Below, one piece after another: positions 11,640 through 20,921 of a stretch of DNA of 64,000 nt. Within the stretch, counting starts at the first letter, position 1; each line of letters starts with the position of its first letter. The position numbers and the translations under genes were made by a program. The DNA lies in the NCBI GenBank assembly GCA_037444665.1, contig JBBILZ010000004.1:11746-75745 (forward strand), given 5' to 3'. The notes below the pieces were generated by a model. That model searched no databases, had not been told where the DNA came from, and saw only the letters and a list, made by a program, of their open reading frames with translations. This DNA comes from a candidate division WOR-3 bacterium (GTDB lineage Bacteria > Hydrothermota > Tepidihabitantia > SM23-42 > JAOAFX01).

Positions 11640-12529
11640 AAAAATACCATTATGCCCTTTTGAATGTGCAAGCGGTTTTCTGCCTGGTCAAAAACGATCG
11701 AATGGGCACCATCAATAACTTCATCCGTAATCTCTTCTCCCCTGTGTGCGGGCAGACAATGCATAATTAAATAATCTTTTTTTTGAACATTGGTCAGGAG
11801 TTTACTATTTAACTGGAATGATTGAAAAATCTTTTTTCTCTGCTCTGCTTCAGACTCCTGTCCCATTGATGCCCAGACATCAGTATAGATAACATCAGCA
11901 TCCTTTACCGCTTCAATTGGATTATTTGTCCATTTTACACTATTTGCTCTTTTCAAATAATCTTTGTTCGGCTCATAACCATCGGGCGTGGCAACATTCA
12001 TTTTAAAACCGAGCATGGATGAAGCTGCAACAAATGAATTACATACATTATTGCCATCACCAACATAGGCAAGAACAACTTTATTCAAGTCGCCTTTCTT
12101 CTCAATAATAGTAAACAGGTCACAGAGTATCTGACAGGGATGCTCCAGGTCGCATAGTCCATTAATTACAGGAATACTTGCATTTTCAGCGAGTTCTTTA
12201 ATATGCTTGTGGCTGAATACCCTTGCCATAATTATATCAACCCAGCGTGAAAGGTTCTTTGCTACATCAGAGACACTTTCCCTTTTTCCTAATTGAATAT
12301 CGGCGGGTGCAAGATAGATCGCATGACCACCCAATTGGGTCATCCCAGTTTCAAATGTTACCCTGGTTCTTAAGGAAGGTTTTTCAAATATCATTGCCAG
12401 GGTCTTGTCTTTCAAAATTTTGTGTTCAATACCTTTTTTCTGTTTGTCCTTAAGGTTGCGGGTAATATCAAAAATTTTATATACCTCTTCCCGATTTAAA
12501 TCAAAGATAGATGTAAGGTCTCTTTTCAT
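11624..12529 (-). CDS. argF: Ornithine carbamoyltransferase
   Basis: It carries the SLRTRVTFE (STRTR), HPCQ, DVWASMG and HCLP motifs that distinguish OTCase from ATCase. Confidence 0.8.
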   Translation of the reverse strand: MKRDLTSIFDLNREEVYKIFDITRNLKDKQKKGIEHKILKDKTLAMIFEKPSLRTRVTFETGMTQLGGHAIYLAPADIQLGKRESVSDVAKNLSRWVDIIMARVFSHKHIKELAENASIPVINGLCDLEHPCQILCDLFTIIEKKGDLNKVVLAYVGDGNNVCNSFVAASSMLGFKMNVATPDGYEPNKDYLKRANSVKWTNNPIEAVKDADVIYTDVWASMGQESEAEQRKKIFQSFQLNSKLLTNVQKKDYLIMHCLPAHRGEEITDEVIDGAHSIVFDQAENRLHIQKGIMVFLCSKF

Positions 12530-12674
12530 TTTTTCACTCCTCTTTTTATTCATTATATAAAATTTTGTTTAAAAATCAATATTGAGAAAAAATTTTTAAA
12601 ATCTTGAATAAATACCTGAAACACTTTATATGCGGTCTAACAAATAAATTTTTGTATTGTTTCTGACTTTTGAT

Positions 12675-13238
12675 TTATTTTGTCCAGGTGATTTCCAATT
12701 CACTGAATCCCTTATCTGCTTCAATGGGCGTTATGTATTTTATCTCAATATTTTTTGCACCTGCCAATTCCAGTGCCTTTTTATAAAAAGAAATAATCCC
12801 GAAACTTATTAGCTGGTGTTTTTTTTCAAAACCAATATGTTTAACTCTTACCTTTCCCTCTCCCATCAAACTTACTTCTATCTCTATACCTCTGAAATAA
12901 GTATTATTAATTGCAGATAGTCGCTTGATAAGAGAAGATGGAGAATCAGGTTTAATGAATACTTTATAAATACCCTGCAATTGCTGAAAAAGGATTTCTT
13001 CACTGAGCGCAATCATTTGCTCTTTATTACCACCCGCTGCTAAATTAATCGTTGTTTCTACAAACTTTATAAATGACTCAAGTGGATACCAATCAGTTAC
13101 AAGGATTGCCTTTTTCTCAAATATTTGTTTTGTTTCTTTATCCAACAATTTCAGAACCTTCCTAAATAACTCTTCACCATATTTTAGTTTAACCGCCTTT
13201 ATGGTATCTAAAATAACTGAACCTTTAATTTCCACCAT
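12675..13238 (-). CDS. Hypothetical protein (187 aa)
   Basis: It is a clean ORF with no family that I can name with confidence. Confidence 0.3.
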   Translation of the reverse strand: MVEIKGSVILDTIKAVKLKYGEELFRKVLKLLDKETKQIFEKKAILVTDWYPLESFIKFVETTINLAAGGNKEQMIALSEEILFQQLQGIYKVFIKPDSPSSLIKRLSAINNTYFRGIEIEVSLMGEGKVRVKHIGFEKKHQLISFGIISFYKKALELAGAKNIEIKYITPIEADKGFSELEITWTK

Positions 13239-13297
13239 AGAAAGTCCTATTTATAAATTTACTCAATAATTGTAAATTGTCAATAGGCATTTGTATT

Positions 13298-13621
13298 CTA
13301 AAGCAAACTCTTTACTTCCTTCTGAAAGTTTGTTTTATCAAGGACAAAAGTTTTTATTATTCTGCCATTTACGACGCAGTCGCCATAATTGGCATTACGC
13401 CTTTTTGCTACTTCGGGTTCCTTAGCTATATCAATATAAACAATCGGAATTTTGTTATCAATCTCTCTTATATATTTTTCCATTCTTTTTAAGAAAAATG
13501 GATATGCGGCAGAACATTTATTCGGACCACAGAATATCAGAACCTTGCCTTTGTCTTCATCCTGTGGCTGGTATTCTAAGGACGCTTTTTTTATGAGCGG
13601 TTGATATACAAAATTTTTTTT
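13298..13621 (-). pseudogene. Start-less ORF encoding a small alpha/beta redox-like domain (KVLIFCGPNKCSAAYPFF...). It is in the -1/+1 frame relative to the end of the upstream GNAT gene and joins it through an A8 homopolymer.
   Basis: The frame opens directly after a stop codon with no ATG, GTG or TTG before the conserved part. Removing one A from the A8 run at about 13610-13621 fuses it to the GNAT ORF. Confidence 0.3.
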
Positions 13622-14113
13622 CTATTGGGTAATAAAGAAAATCAGGGTCATCGCCTATAGTTTGGAATCCCTTTTTTTTAAAAAACTCACGGGCTGAGAG
13701 TTGCCCCTCAGATTCACCTGGAAATGTCCGAACCACCAATGCTGATGGTGGCTTATTCCCAAACCATTCTGAAGGTCTTTTCATATCCTCATTCAAACTC
13801 ACAAGCAATTGCTTGCCAATCCCTTTTTGCCAATATCTCTTCTCATGTATATAGATACAATCAATCCAGACAATATTCTCTTCAGGCACAGGATGAAACT
13901 GTATCATACCTGCTGGTTCATTGTCAACATAACCAACTTTAGCAAATGAACCCCATTTTTTTAGCATATCAAGTGCCCACGCCCTCTTCTCTTCCATCCC
14001 TTTTATCCAATCTGGGTCTTCTCTCTTCTCTGGTGGAACGCAGACCAGACATAAATCTGAGATGATTTCTTTATTAACATCCTTGATTAAAATTCTTGGT
14101 TCTTCAGCCATTT
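13557..14113 (-). CDS. GNAT family N-acetyltransferase (paralog of 15193..15738)
   Basis: It carries a QKGIGKQLL motif A. The likely start is MAEEP. The 16-aa tail after the position where the paralog ends looks like frameshift read-through. Confidence 0.6.
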
Positions 14114-14128
14114 TTTTCTCTCTCTTCT

Positions 14129-14560
14129 TATGGTATATAAACCTTTCTTCCACCTTCCCAGTTATCCCACCACTCAATTCTATTAGGTTTAATTTTCAAT
14201 AAACAATATTCCGCTGATTCTGGTGTCTTGAAATACTGCGATAAATCGTATGGGGCAATTTTCCATACCCTCTTTTTTTGTGCTATATTGTCCACAATCC
14301 AGCCTTACCAGTTACTATGGCTGTTTTATCACCCGAAGGGTGCTGAACAAATGCCAGACAGATTATTAAATTTTGTTTATCTGTTTTACCTTACGGGAAT
14401 TAGCAAGGGTTGCTACCCAGATAGATAAATCATCTTCAATAATGGGCATGACTGGACGAATCTGCGGCTGGTCATCATCAACAGTTGCCAAAAAGGCAAA
14501 AAGACAGGTCTCTTTCATTATAGCAACTATTTTTTCTTTATCTGATGGCTCATAGTTCAC
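14129..14560 (-). pseudogene. Pyridoxamine 5'-phosphate oxidase-like FMN-binding split-barrel protein (general stress protein 26 family), disrupted by two frameshifts
   Basis: The N-terminal part runs ETCLFAFLATVDDDQPQIRPVM...SRKVKQINK. The middle part continues in frame +1 as ICLAFVQHPSGDKTAIVTGKA. The C-terminal part continues in frame +2 as QKKRVWKIAPYDLSQYFKTPESAEYCLLKIKPNRIEWWD. The GTG start at 14560 was taken from the ORF track. Confidence 0.5.
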
Positions 14561-14577
14561 CAGGAAACAAATTTATT

Positions 14578-15081
14578 TCATTTTTTCAAATAAAATTTTG
14601 TATTTACGCTGGCGGTCTTGTTAGAAAGTTTATCAGTAACTGTAATATTAACGGTGTATTCCCCATCTTCTAATTCTGCAATAGTATTAATATTATTGGT
14701 GAGATATACCTGATTCATATCACGCTCTTTAGAAAATGGAATGGGCTCGGTTAAAAAATTGCCATCAAGCAGGACTTCATCCTTTGGACCTTTGACCACT
14801 AAGTGTTCAGGGATATGGATCTCATAAGAAGAGTCTGGATTTTGTTTATATTTGACATTGTTTAAATTCATATAAATCCAGACCACATCACCAGGCTTGT
14901 ATGTTCCATTGGGCTGTTCTTTATATTTCATATAATCTTCGGGTGATTCAGAACAGAAAACTACATTAGTAATCTTAAATTCACTACCTGAAGGCTTTGC
15001 AGGTTCCTGTTTTGAGCAAGCGACCAAAACCAAACCCAATAGCATAAGCATTAGCTTTACAACCAGATTATTGTTTTTCAT
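14578..15081 (-). CDS. Lipoprotein, hypothetical
   Basis: It has a signal peptide with the lipobox LVAC. Confidence 0.45.
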   Translation of the reverse strand: MKNNNLVVKLMLMLLGLVLVACSKQEPAKPSGSEFKITNVVFCSESPEDYMKYKEQPNGTYKPGDVVWIYMNLNNVKYKQNPDSSYEIHIPEHLVVKGPKDEVLLDGNFLTEPIPFSKERDMNQVYLTNNINTIAELEDGEYTVNITVTDKLSNKTASVNTKFYLKK

Positions 15082-15192
15082 ATGACCCCCTTTTCTAATA
15101 AATTATATCCAATCCTGAATGTTTTTCAATCCTTTTAATCTGTTCCTTTATTTTCTTCCTTAGAACTTGGTAGAAATTGCAATGCCTTTAAA

Positions 15193-15738
15193 TTATAATT
15201 CTAATCTCATAAGCGGAAATTCTTTATCGTCTTTATAAATTGTGAAGCCGTTTTTAAGATAAAATTCTGCAGGGCCCGAAGGATTCTCAGGATTATCTTT
15301 ACGTGCAAATGACTCAACTGCTTTTATTTTTCTTTTGGCTAAATCATCAATTACAATCTGAAGAAGTCTTTTGCCAAACCCCATACCTCTAAATTCTTTC
15401 TGGGGAATGAATAAACAGGATATCAATACTGCATCATTACTTGGCGATGATGAATAACGAAAAGAATTCGGAAGAAACATAGGTGGTGCGTACTGTGCAT
15501 AACCAACAGGCTTCCCATCAGCATACAATATCTTACCGCAGTTGCCAAATTTGCTAAGAGTATCCTTTAACCAGAGCATTTTCTTTTTGAGCATTTCTTC
15601 TTTTCTTTCCTTTTCCGGTTCTATGCACTCTGCAGAAAGTTCCCAGTAAATGCAATACTTACAACTATATGGATAACTATTCCACTCTGGGGCATCTTTT
15701 AAGTTATTTAATGTCAGATTAATAATTTCAAGTTTCAT
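15193..15738 (-). CDS. GNAT family N-acetyltransferase (paralog of 13557..14113)
   Basis: It shares the paralog architecture, including the RGMGFGKRLL motif A. Confidence 0.6.
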   Translation of the reverse strand: MKLEIINLTLNNLKDAPEWNSYPYSCKYCIYWELSAECIEPEKERKEEMLKKKMLWLKDTLSKFGNCGKILYADGKPVGYAQYAPPMFLPNSFRYSSSPSNDAVLISCLFIPQKEFRGMGFGKRLLQIVIDDLAKRKIKAVESFARKDNPENPSGPAEFYLKNGFTIYKDDKEFPLMRLEL

Positions 15739-15796
15739 TTACAATTAAACAATTGCCCAATAATGCCAATTTAAGAACATAAAAATGTTGTGCATT

Positions 15797-16429
15797 TTAA
15801 TATTTTGTCCTTACTCTTATTACCAGTGCCTTTTTCTCAATATCCAGTATTACCAGCATAAAATCATTCAAATCCTTTTCAAGCACCAGCTTTATTTCCT
15901 TTGGTTTATGCATAATATCGTCACCCGCAGTCCTGCATTGATATAGACCATTTACATCAGGCAGGTCAAGTTCTTTTAATGATTTTTCATACAATTGTTC
16001 TATTGTTGGATTGTATATAGAACCTTCCTCAGGTGGTTCTTTTCCCATTTCTTTATATGACCTGATAATTCCTTCTTTTGTCATTTTAATACCGCACATC
16101 TTCATCAAAAAATCCTCGGGGATAGGCAGTTCATGCCATTCGCCACTCTTTTTTGCTTCAGAAAAATATTTTTGAAAACCCTGCTCATCAAATTGAAATG
16201 CGATATCTATTTTCAATCCTTCGCGTCCAAAGAATCCGGGCTTTTCTGGATAAGCCCTGTAATACAAAGTCTTTGCTGAAGATGGCACATTGAATTCCCG
16301 GCGCAATATTGTTTCGTCAGACTCTTCTATGCAATTTAAGAGAGCGATAAAGATAATGATTTCAAAAATTCTATGACTGACTCTCACTTTCATCAAATTT
16401 CGCAACTTATATTCTCCTATATTTTGCAC
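15797..16429 (-). CDS. Hypothetical secreted protein
   Basis: There is a likely signal peptide at the internal start MKVRVSH... and no recognisable domain. Confidence 0.3.
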   Translation of the reverse strand: MQNIGEYKLRNLMKVRVSHRIFEIIIFIALLNCIEESDETILRREFNVPSSAKTLYYRAYPEKPGFFGREGLKIDIAFQFDEQGFQKYFSEAKKSGEWHELPIPEDFLMKMCGIKMTKEGIIRSYKEMGKEPPEEGSIYNPTIEQLYEKSLKELDLPDVNGLYQCRTAGDDIMHKPKEIKLVLEKDLNDFMLVILDIEKKALVIRVRTKY

Positions 16430-16746
16430 TACTTACCAAAATATTCCTTTTGTATTCTCTCCTGGGCAATTCTGCTACTGGGATCGTCTCCGCGTGCAAC
16501 ATTTACCGAAACCTTGCCACCAAGAATCTGGAAGATCTCTGCCACATCACTATGAGTAAATCCAGGGCAGAGAATAATTGCATCAATATTCTCCTGCTCA
16601 TAGACTGTTTTAGCAACATCTATTGCCTCTTTCTGGTCTTTTACGATGACAGTTATTAACCGATACTTTCCAGTATCAATAATACTCCGATGCTTTTCCA
16701 CATCAGCATCAGGGGCATGTGCCAAAAATAGTGCCTTAAAAGCCAT
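16429..16746 (-). CDS. Hypothetical small protein (105 aa)
   Basis: It is a clean ORF of unknown family. Confidence 0.3.
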   Translation of the reverse strand: MAFKALFLAHAPDADVEKHRSIIDTGKYRLITVIVKDQKEAIDVAKTVYEQENIDAIILCPGFTHSDVAEIFQILGGKVSVNVARGDDPSSRIAQERIQKEYFGK

Positions 16747-16762
16747 AATTACCTCCTTTTAT

Positions 16763-17092
16763 TTACTCCAATTCTTCATCAAGCCATTTTAGATAACCTT
16801 CATAACCTGCAACTATTGGCACGGCAATTATCTCTGGTGTTTGGTAAGGATGGATTTCTTTTATCACTCTTTCAAGTTCATCATACAAACTCTTTTTACT
16901 TTTTATGATACATAGATACTCATCCGCATTTTCAATCTTTCCTTTCCACCAATAGATGCTCTTTATTGGTCCTAAAATCTGAACACAGCCAGCAAGTCGC
17001 TTTTCAACTGCTACATTTGCAATCTTTTCTGCATCTTCCTTCTTTTCAACAGTCGTAAAAACCTGGATATAATCATCTGCCCCTTGCACCAT
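16763..17092 (-). CDS. cutA: Divalent-cation tolerance protein CutA1
   Basis: The ~109-aa sequence has the CutA1 layout (FTTVEKKEDAEKIA...GCVQILGPIKSIYWWKGKI). Confidence 0.7.
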   Translation of the reverse strand: MVQGADDYIQVFTTVEKKEDAEKIANVAVEKRLAGCVQILGPIKSIYWWKGKIENADEYLCIIKSKKSLYDELERVIKEIHPYQTPEIIAVPIVAGYEGYLKWLDEELE

Positions 17093-17163
17093 AAATCACG
17101 CCTCCTTATTAAACCTTTTATAAAAGTTGTAACTCAACAAACCTTTATCCATATCTCCAGCAA

Positions 17164-17772
17164 CTAAAATCTATAGCCGATTCCAGCGCCAAGGTTTAAT
17201 GGATTATGGAAAGCGGGAATCTGGTAGCCTACATAAAAGACAAACCCTGGACCTTGTGCCGGACCAAAATTGATAAAAAAATCATAGGGCGCATAAATAG
17301 ATAAATGAGTTCCGAAGGATAGAATCTTATTTTTGTCGTCCTTGAAGCCAACCATTAGTTCTGTCCTAACAAGCTCAGGTAATGCAGGGCCTATTGTAAA
17401 CGAGAAAACATTACGACTTTTGTTTCTGGTTGCCTCAAATTTATATGCCATATAGAGTGAATAGGCTCTTTTGGGTACTGTACCACTATACTCACCATTT
17501 ATTATGTATATCAGCAATACATTGGTAAGCCCAATATTTTCATTAAATCCGTAATTGAAACCAAAACCGCTACATAAACCGCGTGTATTTGCCATTGAAT
17601 AACTTGATATATTCGAACTATAATCAAAACATCTGAATCCAGCAACAGCACCCACCCAACCTGATGAGCCTTTTTTGACCATTGGCGAATCAAATGTTGG
17701 CGACATGCAACAAGATAGCAAAACAAGCAATATAAATGCTAAATAAATCTTTGGTTTCTTCTCCCTGTGCAT
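17164..17772 (-). CDS. Small lipoprotein/outer-membrane-like protein, paralog 1, intact
   Basis: It has a signal peptide ending LLSCC, an alternating hydrophobic pattern and the C-terminal GIGYRF. It is 70-80% identical to 19549..20161. Confidence 0.45.
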   Translation of the reverse strand: MHREKKPKIYLAFILLVLLSCCMSPTFDSPMVKKGSSGWVGAVAGFRCFDYSSNISSYSMANTRGLCSGFGFNYGFNENIGLTNVLLIYIINGEYSGTVPKRAYSLYMAYKFEATRNKSRNVFSFTIGPALPELVRTELMVGFKDDKNKILSFGTHLSIYAPYDFFINFGPAQGPGFVFYVGYQIPAFHNPLNLGAGIGYRF

Positions 17773-17986
17773 AACAATCCTCCTTGTATGATTATACACT
17801 TCTCAATGGATTCTGTCAATAATTCAAAACCGAGGCTGCGAATAAACTCGGACTCAGTACACCTGAACCACAGCCTGTACCAGGGCAAACTTGCTTTATT
17901 GTCTCCAATCTGATGGATTCTTAAGATGCTGAAATAAATTCAGCATGACAATATCGCTAATCCAAAGTTTTCTGCAACCTTAAATT

Positions 17987-18480
17987 CTACTTGTTTTTAC
18001 TGATAATTACAACACTTGATGCTTTCAATGAATGCGTGAACTTTATCGGTGGAATTTTTACAACAAATTTAACAAGTTCACTATCCCATTTCTCAATGCC
18101 TTTCAGTCTCTGTCGGTGGATCACACGCCAGAAGTATGCCCACCAATCCCAGTTATGAACGATAACCTTCATTGCCAAATTTATTATATATAAAATCTAA
18201 CAGTAAGCAAGCCTGAAGTGACTTGCCAAAATAGAGAAAAAGTTCAAATACTAATTTGCAATAAAATTGTAGCGTCCGACTTTAGTCGGACGAAAAGATT
18301 CTCATTTAACTACCTTCAGGGCTAACCTCTGGTTCTGATAGAACCATCGGTTCTTGAAGAAACCTCTGCCCTACGATTTTTTTTGCAGAACAACCCTTGT
18401 GGTTGTCCGAAAGTTCTGAAACAAACCTAACTTGAAGCCGTGACAATGGTCAGAGCACGCTCTCTCCTTAAGAGAGGAAT
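17987..18480 (-). pseudogene. Decayed remnant of a SAM-methyltransferase paralog, i.e. a duplicate of 18746..19525
   Basis: ORF 17987..18178 and frames near 18300-18400 translate to segments resembling the middle and C-terminus of the neighbouring MTase (HGFKLGLFQNF...QKKS versus AGMKLYKIFSDF...AKKTRRASP). The nucleotide repeat tgccctacga(t/g)t(t/c)ttttttgc occurs at 18358 and at the MTase 3' end at 18748. Confidence 0.3.
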
Positions 18481-18574
18481 CTATAATGAAAAATCAATTA
18501 TTATTTATTGGAACCTTTCAAATTCCAACAAGTAAAAAATAATAATAAATTCCTGACCTGAATAACGAAATTTA

Positions 18575-18625
18575 CTTTTCTCGTTTTCTCGAGAAAACGG
18601 GAAAATGATTGAATTTTCCTTATAA
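18575..18625. repeat. Palindromic repeat element, copy A (13-bp stem, 4-nt loop, plus a conserved 3' tail)
   Basis: The sequence is ttttctcgttttc tcga gaaaacgggaaaa followed by tgattgaattttccttataaat. A second copy lies at 22265. Confidence 0.5.
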
Positions 18626-18745
18626 ATTGGCACCTTTTACAAACTATCTTCTTTCTGCCAGAAAAATGTTGATTTTTTCACATTTTTCAACTATTTCCCG
18701 CCTGGCGAAAAAATGTTGAAAAATATAAAAGGCAGCTTGATTAAA

Positions 18746-19525
18746 TCAGGGGCTTGCCCTACGAGTCTTTTTTGCGATTATTATCATTCTCCTTGAATCA
18801 TTGGTGAATGGCTTTGAGTCAAAATCACTGAAAATCTTGTATAATTTCATTCCTGCCCTTGCTAATAGATTTCTCATCTCGGTCGGATTGTAAATCCGGA
18901 CAAAAAATGACTTATCTTTTCTCTTACCATCTCTGAATATAATTCTTTTATCATATACCTGACCGGTCAAACTATCAAAGGTATTCCTTTCAATCATTAA
19001 ATCATTTCCCTTTGTGGTTACGATATACGGCAGGAAGTTCTTTAAAAAAACATCCCGATTAAAGGTATCAAAGCAGAAAAGACCACCAGGTTTTAATGCG
19101 TAGGCGATATTTTTTAAAACCAGAAGATTTTCATTATCCTCAAAATAACCGAAGGCGGTAAAAATAAGAAGAACCCTATCAAATTTCTCTTTCCACCAAA
19201 TTTTTCTCATATTCTTTTGAATATAGCAAACCTTTAAACCCTTATTTTTTGCTTCATTTTTTGCAATCTTAAGAAACCCCGGACTAATATCAACACCTAT
19301 CACATCATACCCAAGTTCACTTAAACGATTTGTATGCCTTCCATGACCACAGGCAAGGTCAAGAATTTTCATTGATTTTCTTAACCCTAATTCCCGAATA
19401 AAGAATTGCACCTCTTTTTCAGTCCGTTCTTCAGTCAACCCATCGCCATAAAAATACAAATAATCATTTGGCTCAAAAACCGCCTTAAAATCAAAGACCG
19501 GCTTACAGGAATTTTTAACACCCAT
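18746..19525 (-). CDS. Class I SAM-dependent methyltransferase
   Basis: It carries motif I (ILDLACGHGRHT) and the post-I acidic residue (VIGVDIS). Confidence 0.7.
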   Translation of the reverse strand: MGVKNSCKPVFDFKAVFEPNDYLYFYGDGLTEERTEKEVQFFIRELGLRKSMKILDLACGHGRHTNRLSELGYDVIGVDISPGFLKIAKNEAKNKGLKVCYIQKNMRKIWWKEKFDRVLLIFTAFGYFEDNENLLVLKNIAYALKPGGLFCFDTFNRDVFLKNFLPYIVTTKGNDLMIERNTFDSLTGQVYDKRIIFRDGKRKDKSFFVRIYNPTEMRNLLARAGMKLYKIFSDFDSKPFTNDSRRMIIIAKKTRRASP

Positions 19526-19548
19526 TTTTATTCTCCTTTCGCCTGCAG

Positions 19549-20161
19549 CTAAAATCTATAGCCACGCCCAGCGCCAAGGTTTAATGGATTATTGAAATAG
19601 GGAATCTGGTAACCAATATAAAGTACAAATCCCGAACCTTGTGCAGGACTTAGATTGATAAAAAAAATCGTAAGGCGCATACAGAGTTAAATGAGTTCCG
19701 AAGCAGAGAATTTCATTTTTATCCCCTTTGAAGCCAACCATTAGTTCTGCCCTAACAATCTCAGGTAATGCAGGGCCTATTGTTAAAGAGAACACATTAC
19801 GACTTTTGTTTCTGGTTATCTCAAATTTAGGGGCAAGATAGAATGAAGGTTTAAATTCCACTTTAGGTTCTATGCCATCATAATAACCATTCATTCCGTA
19901 TACCAATACTACACCCGTAATCCCGACATTTTCAGTAAATCCATAATTGAAACCAAAACCACTACATGCACCGCGCGTATTTTCAAGGGAATATTCATCT
20001 GGGATGCCATAATCAAAACATCTAAATCCAGCAACAGCACCCACCCAACCTGATGAACCTTTTTTGACCATCGGCGAATCAAATGTTGGTGAAATGCAAG
20101 AGAGAAATACAAGCAATATAATCGCTAAATAAAAAAGTGCGTTAGGAAAAGTTCTGGCCAA
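19549..20161 (-). CDS. Small lipoprotein/OMP-like protein, paralog 2, with the C-terminus frameshifted at a T8 (coding A8) tract
   Basis: It matches paralog 1 up to APYDFF. One extra T relative to copy 1 (T8 versus T7, near 19670-19680) shifts the frame. Correcting it restores ...GYQIPYFNNPLNLGAGRGYRF with a stop at 19549. Confidence 0.5.
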
Positions 20162-20178
20162 AAAATCCTCCTATTTTA

Positions 20179-20600
20179 CTACCATACGCCAAAATTAGAA
20201 AGCAGCGATAGGGTAAGTCCAATGTATAGAGATGTTTCACCAAAAGTCCAATATTTCCAATATTTGATTTTATAGTGTATTATGCCGGCTTCCAAGCCCA
20301 AACCGAATCTTTTAAAATTACCAGATATCCCTAAACTCGCGCGGAAATAATCACGCTTCTCAAAATTGAGATACTCAGCAGCCCCCTGTTCCCACACATT
20401 AAACCTAAAAGTGCATACACTGCGAAGTCTGCGTAGTAATGCTGTTCAAATTCTTTTATATGCAAATAGGGCACATAATAAATATACACAGGAACCGATG
20501 TGCCTCCCCATTTTCTTATTCTTTCTCGGAGTCCAATTTCGTTAGTGTATGTTCCAGTAAATGGACCAGCAATTTCAAAACCACTGACCCCGAAACCCAA
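20179..20600 (-). pseudogene. Fragmentary third distant paralog-like beta-rich protein, split over two frames
   Basis: ORFs 20331..20600 and 20179..20397 overlap and could join by a frameshift. They have glycine-aromatic-rich alternating hydrophobic segments and end ...SNFGVW. The call is speculative. Confidence 0.2.
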
Positions 20601-20921
20601 ACCAAATGGTGGTGCAAGGCCTATTGCAACAAAAACTACTCTACCAAGTAATTTGGGTGGAATCAGACCCCCCCATCAACTAAACCAAAATAAAACATCC
20701 CTCTGTTCTATATTCTTCTGCATAAAAAAGATTAGGACGAAAAAAAGAAACCAAAATAATCAGGAAAAGAATTCTCGAAAATAGGTTAAAGGCTATGCCA
20801 AAACTCCATCTTAATTTCTTTTTCATTATTTTTATTTTAATCAAATACTGATAAAGTTCAAGACTTTATTTTAAATAAAAATAATTATATCAGGATTAAC
20901 TATCTGCAACTGCTTTCTGCA

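Noticed and set aside
12247-12453. Numerous plus-strand ORFs of 60-160 aa antisense to minus-strand genes, for example 12247..12453, 26550..26912, 36036..36436, 43989..44477 and 60050..60897.
   Set aside because: They overlap strongly supported coding regions on the opposite strand. They have odd composition and no family resemblance.
16429-16746. The 105-aa ORF as the missing B12-binding subunit of the methylmalonyl-CoA mutase.
   Set aside because: It has no DxHxxG cobalamin-binding motif and no Rossmann-like layout typical of that module.
18575-18604. The 13-bp palindromic stem element as a Rho-independent terminator.
   Set aside because: In neither transcript orientation is the stem followed by a U-tract. 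The T-run precedes the stem on the plus strand and an A-run follows it on the minus strand.
17800-18745. tRNA, tmRNA, RNase P or SRP RNA in the ~950-bp gene-poor gap.
   Set aside because: No T-arm (GGTTCGAATCC-like) or cloverleaf and no conserved RNase P or SRP motifs were found. The region is better explained as a decayed methyltransferase paralog plus a repeat element.
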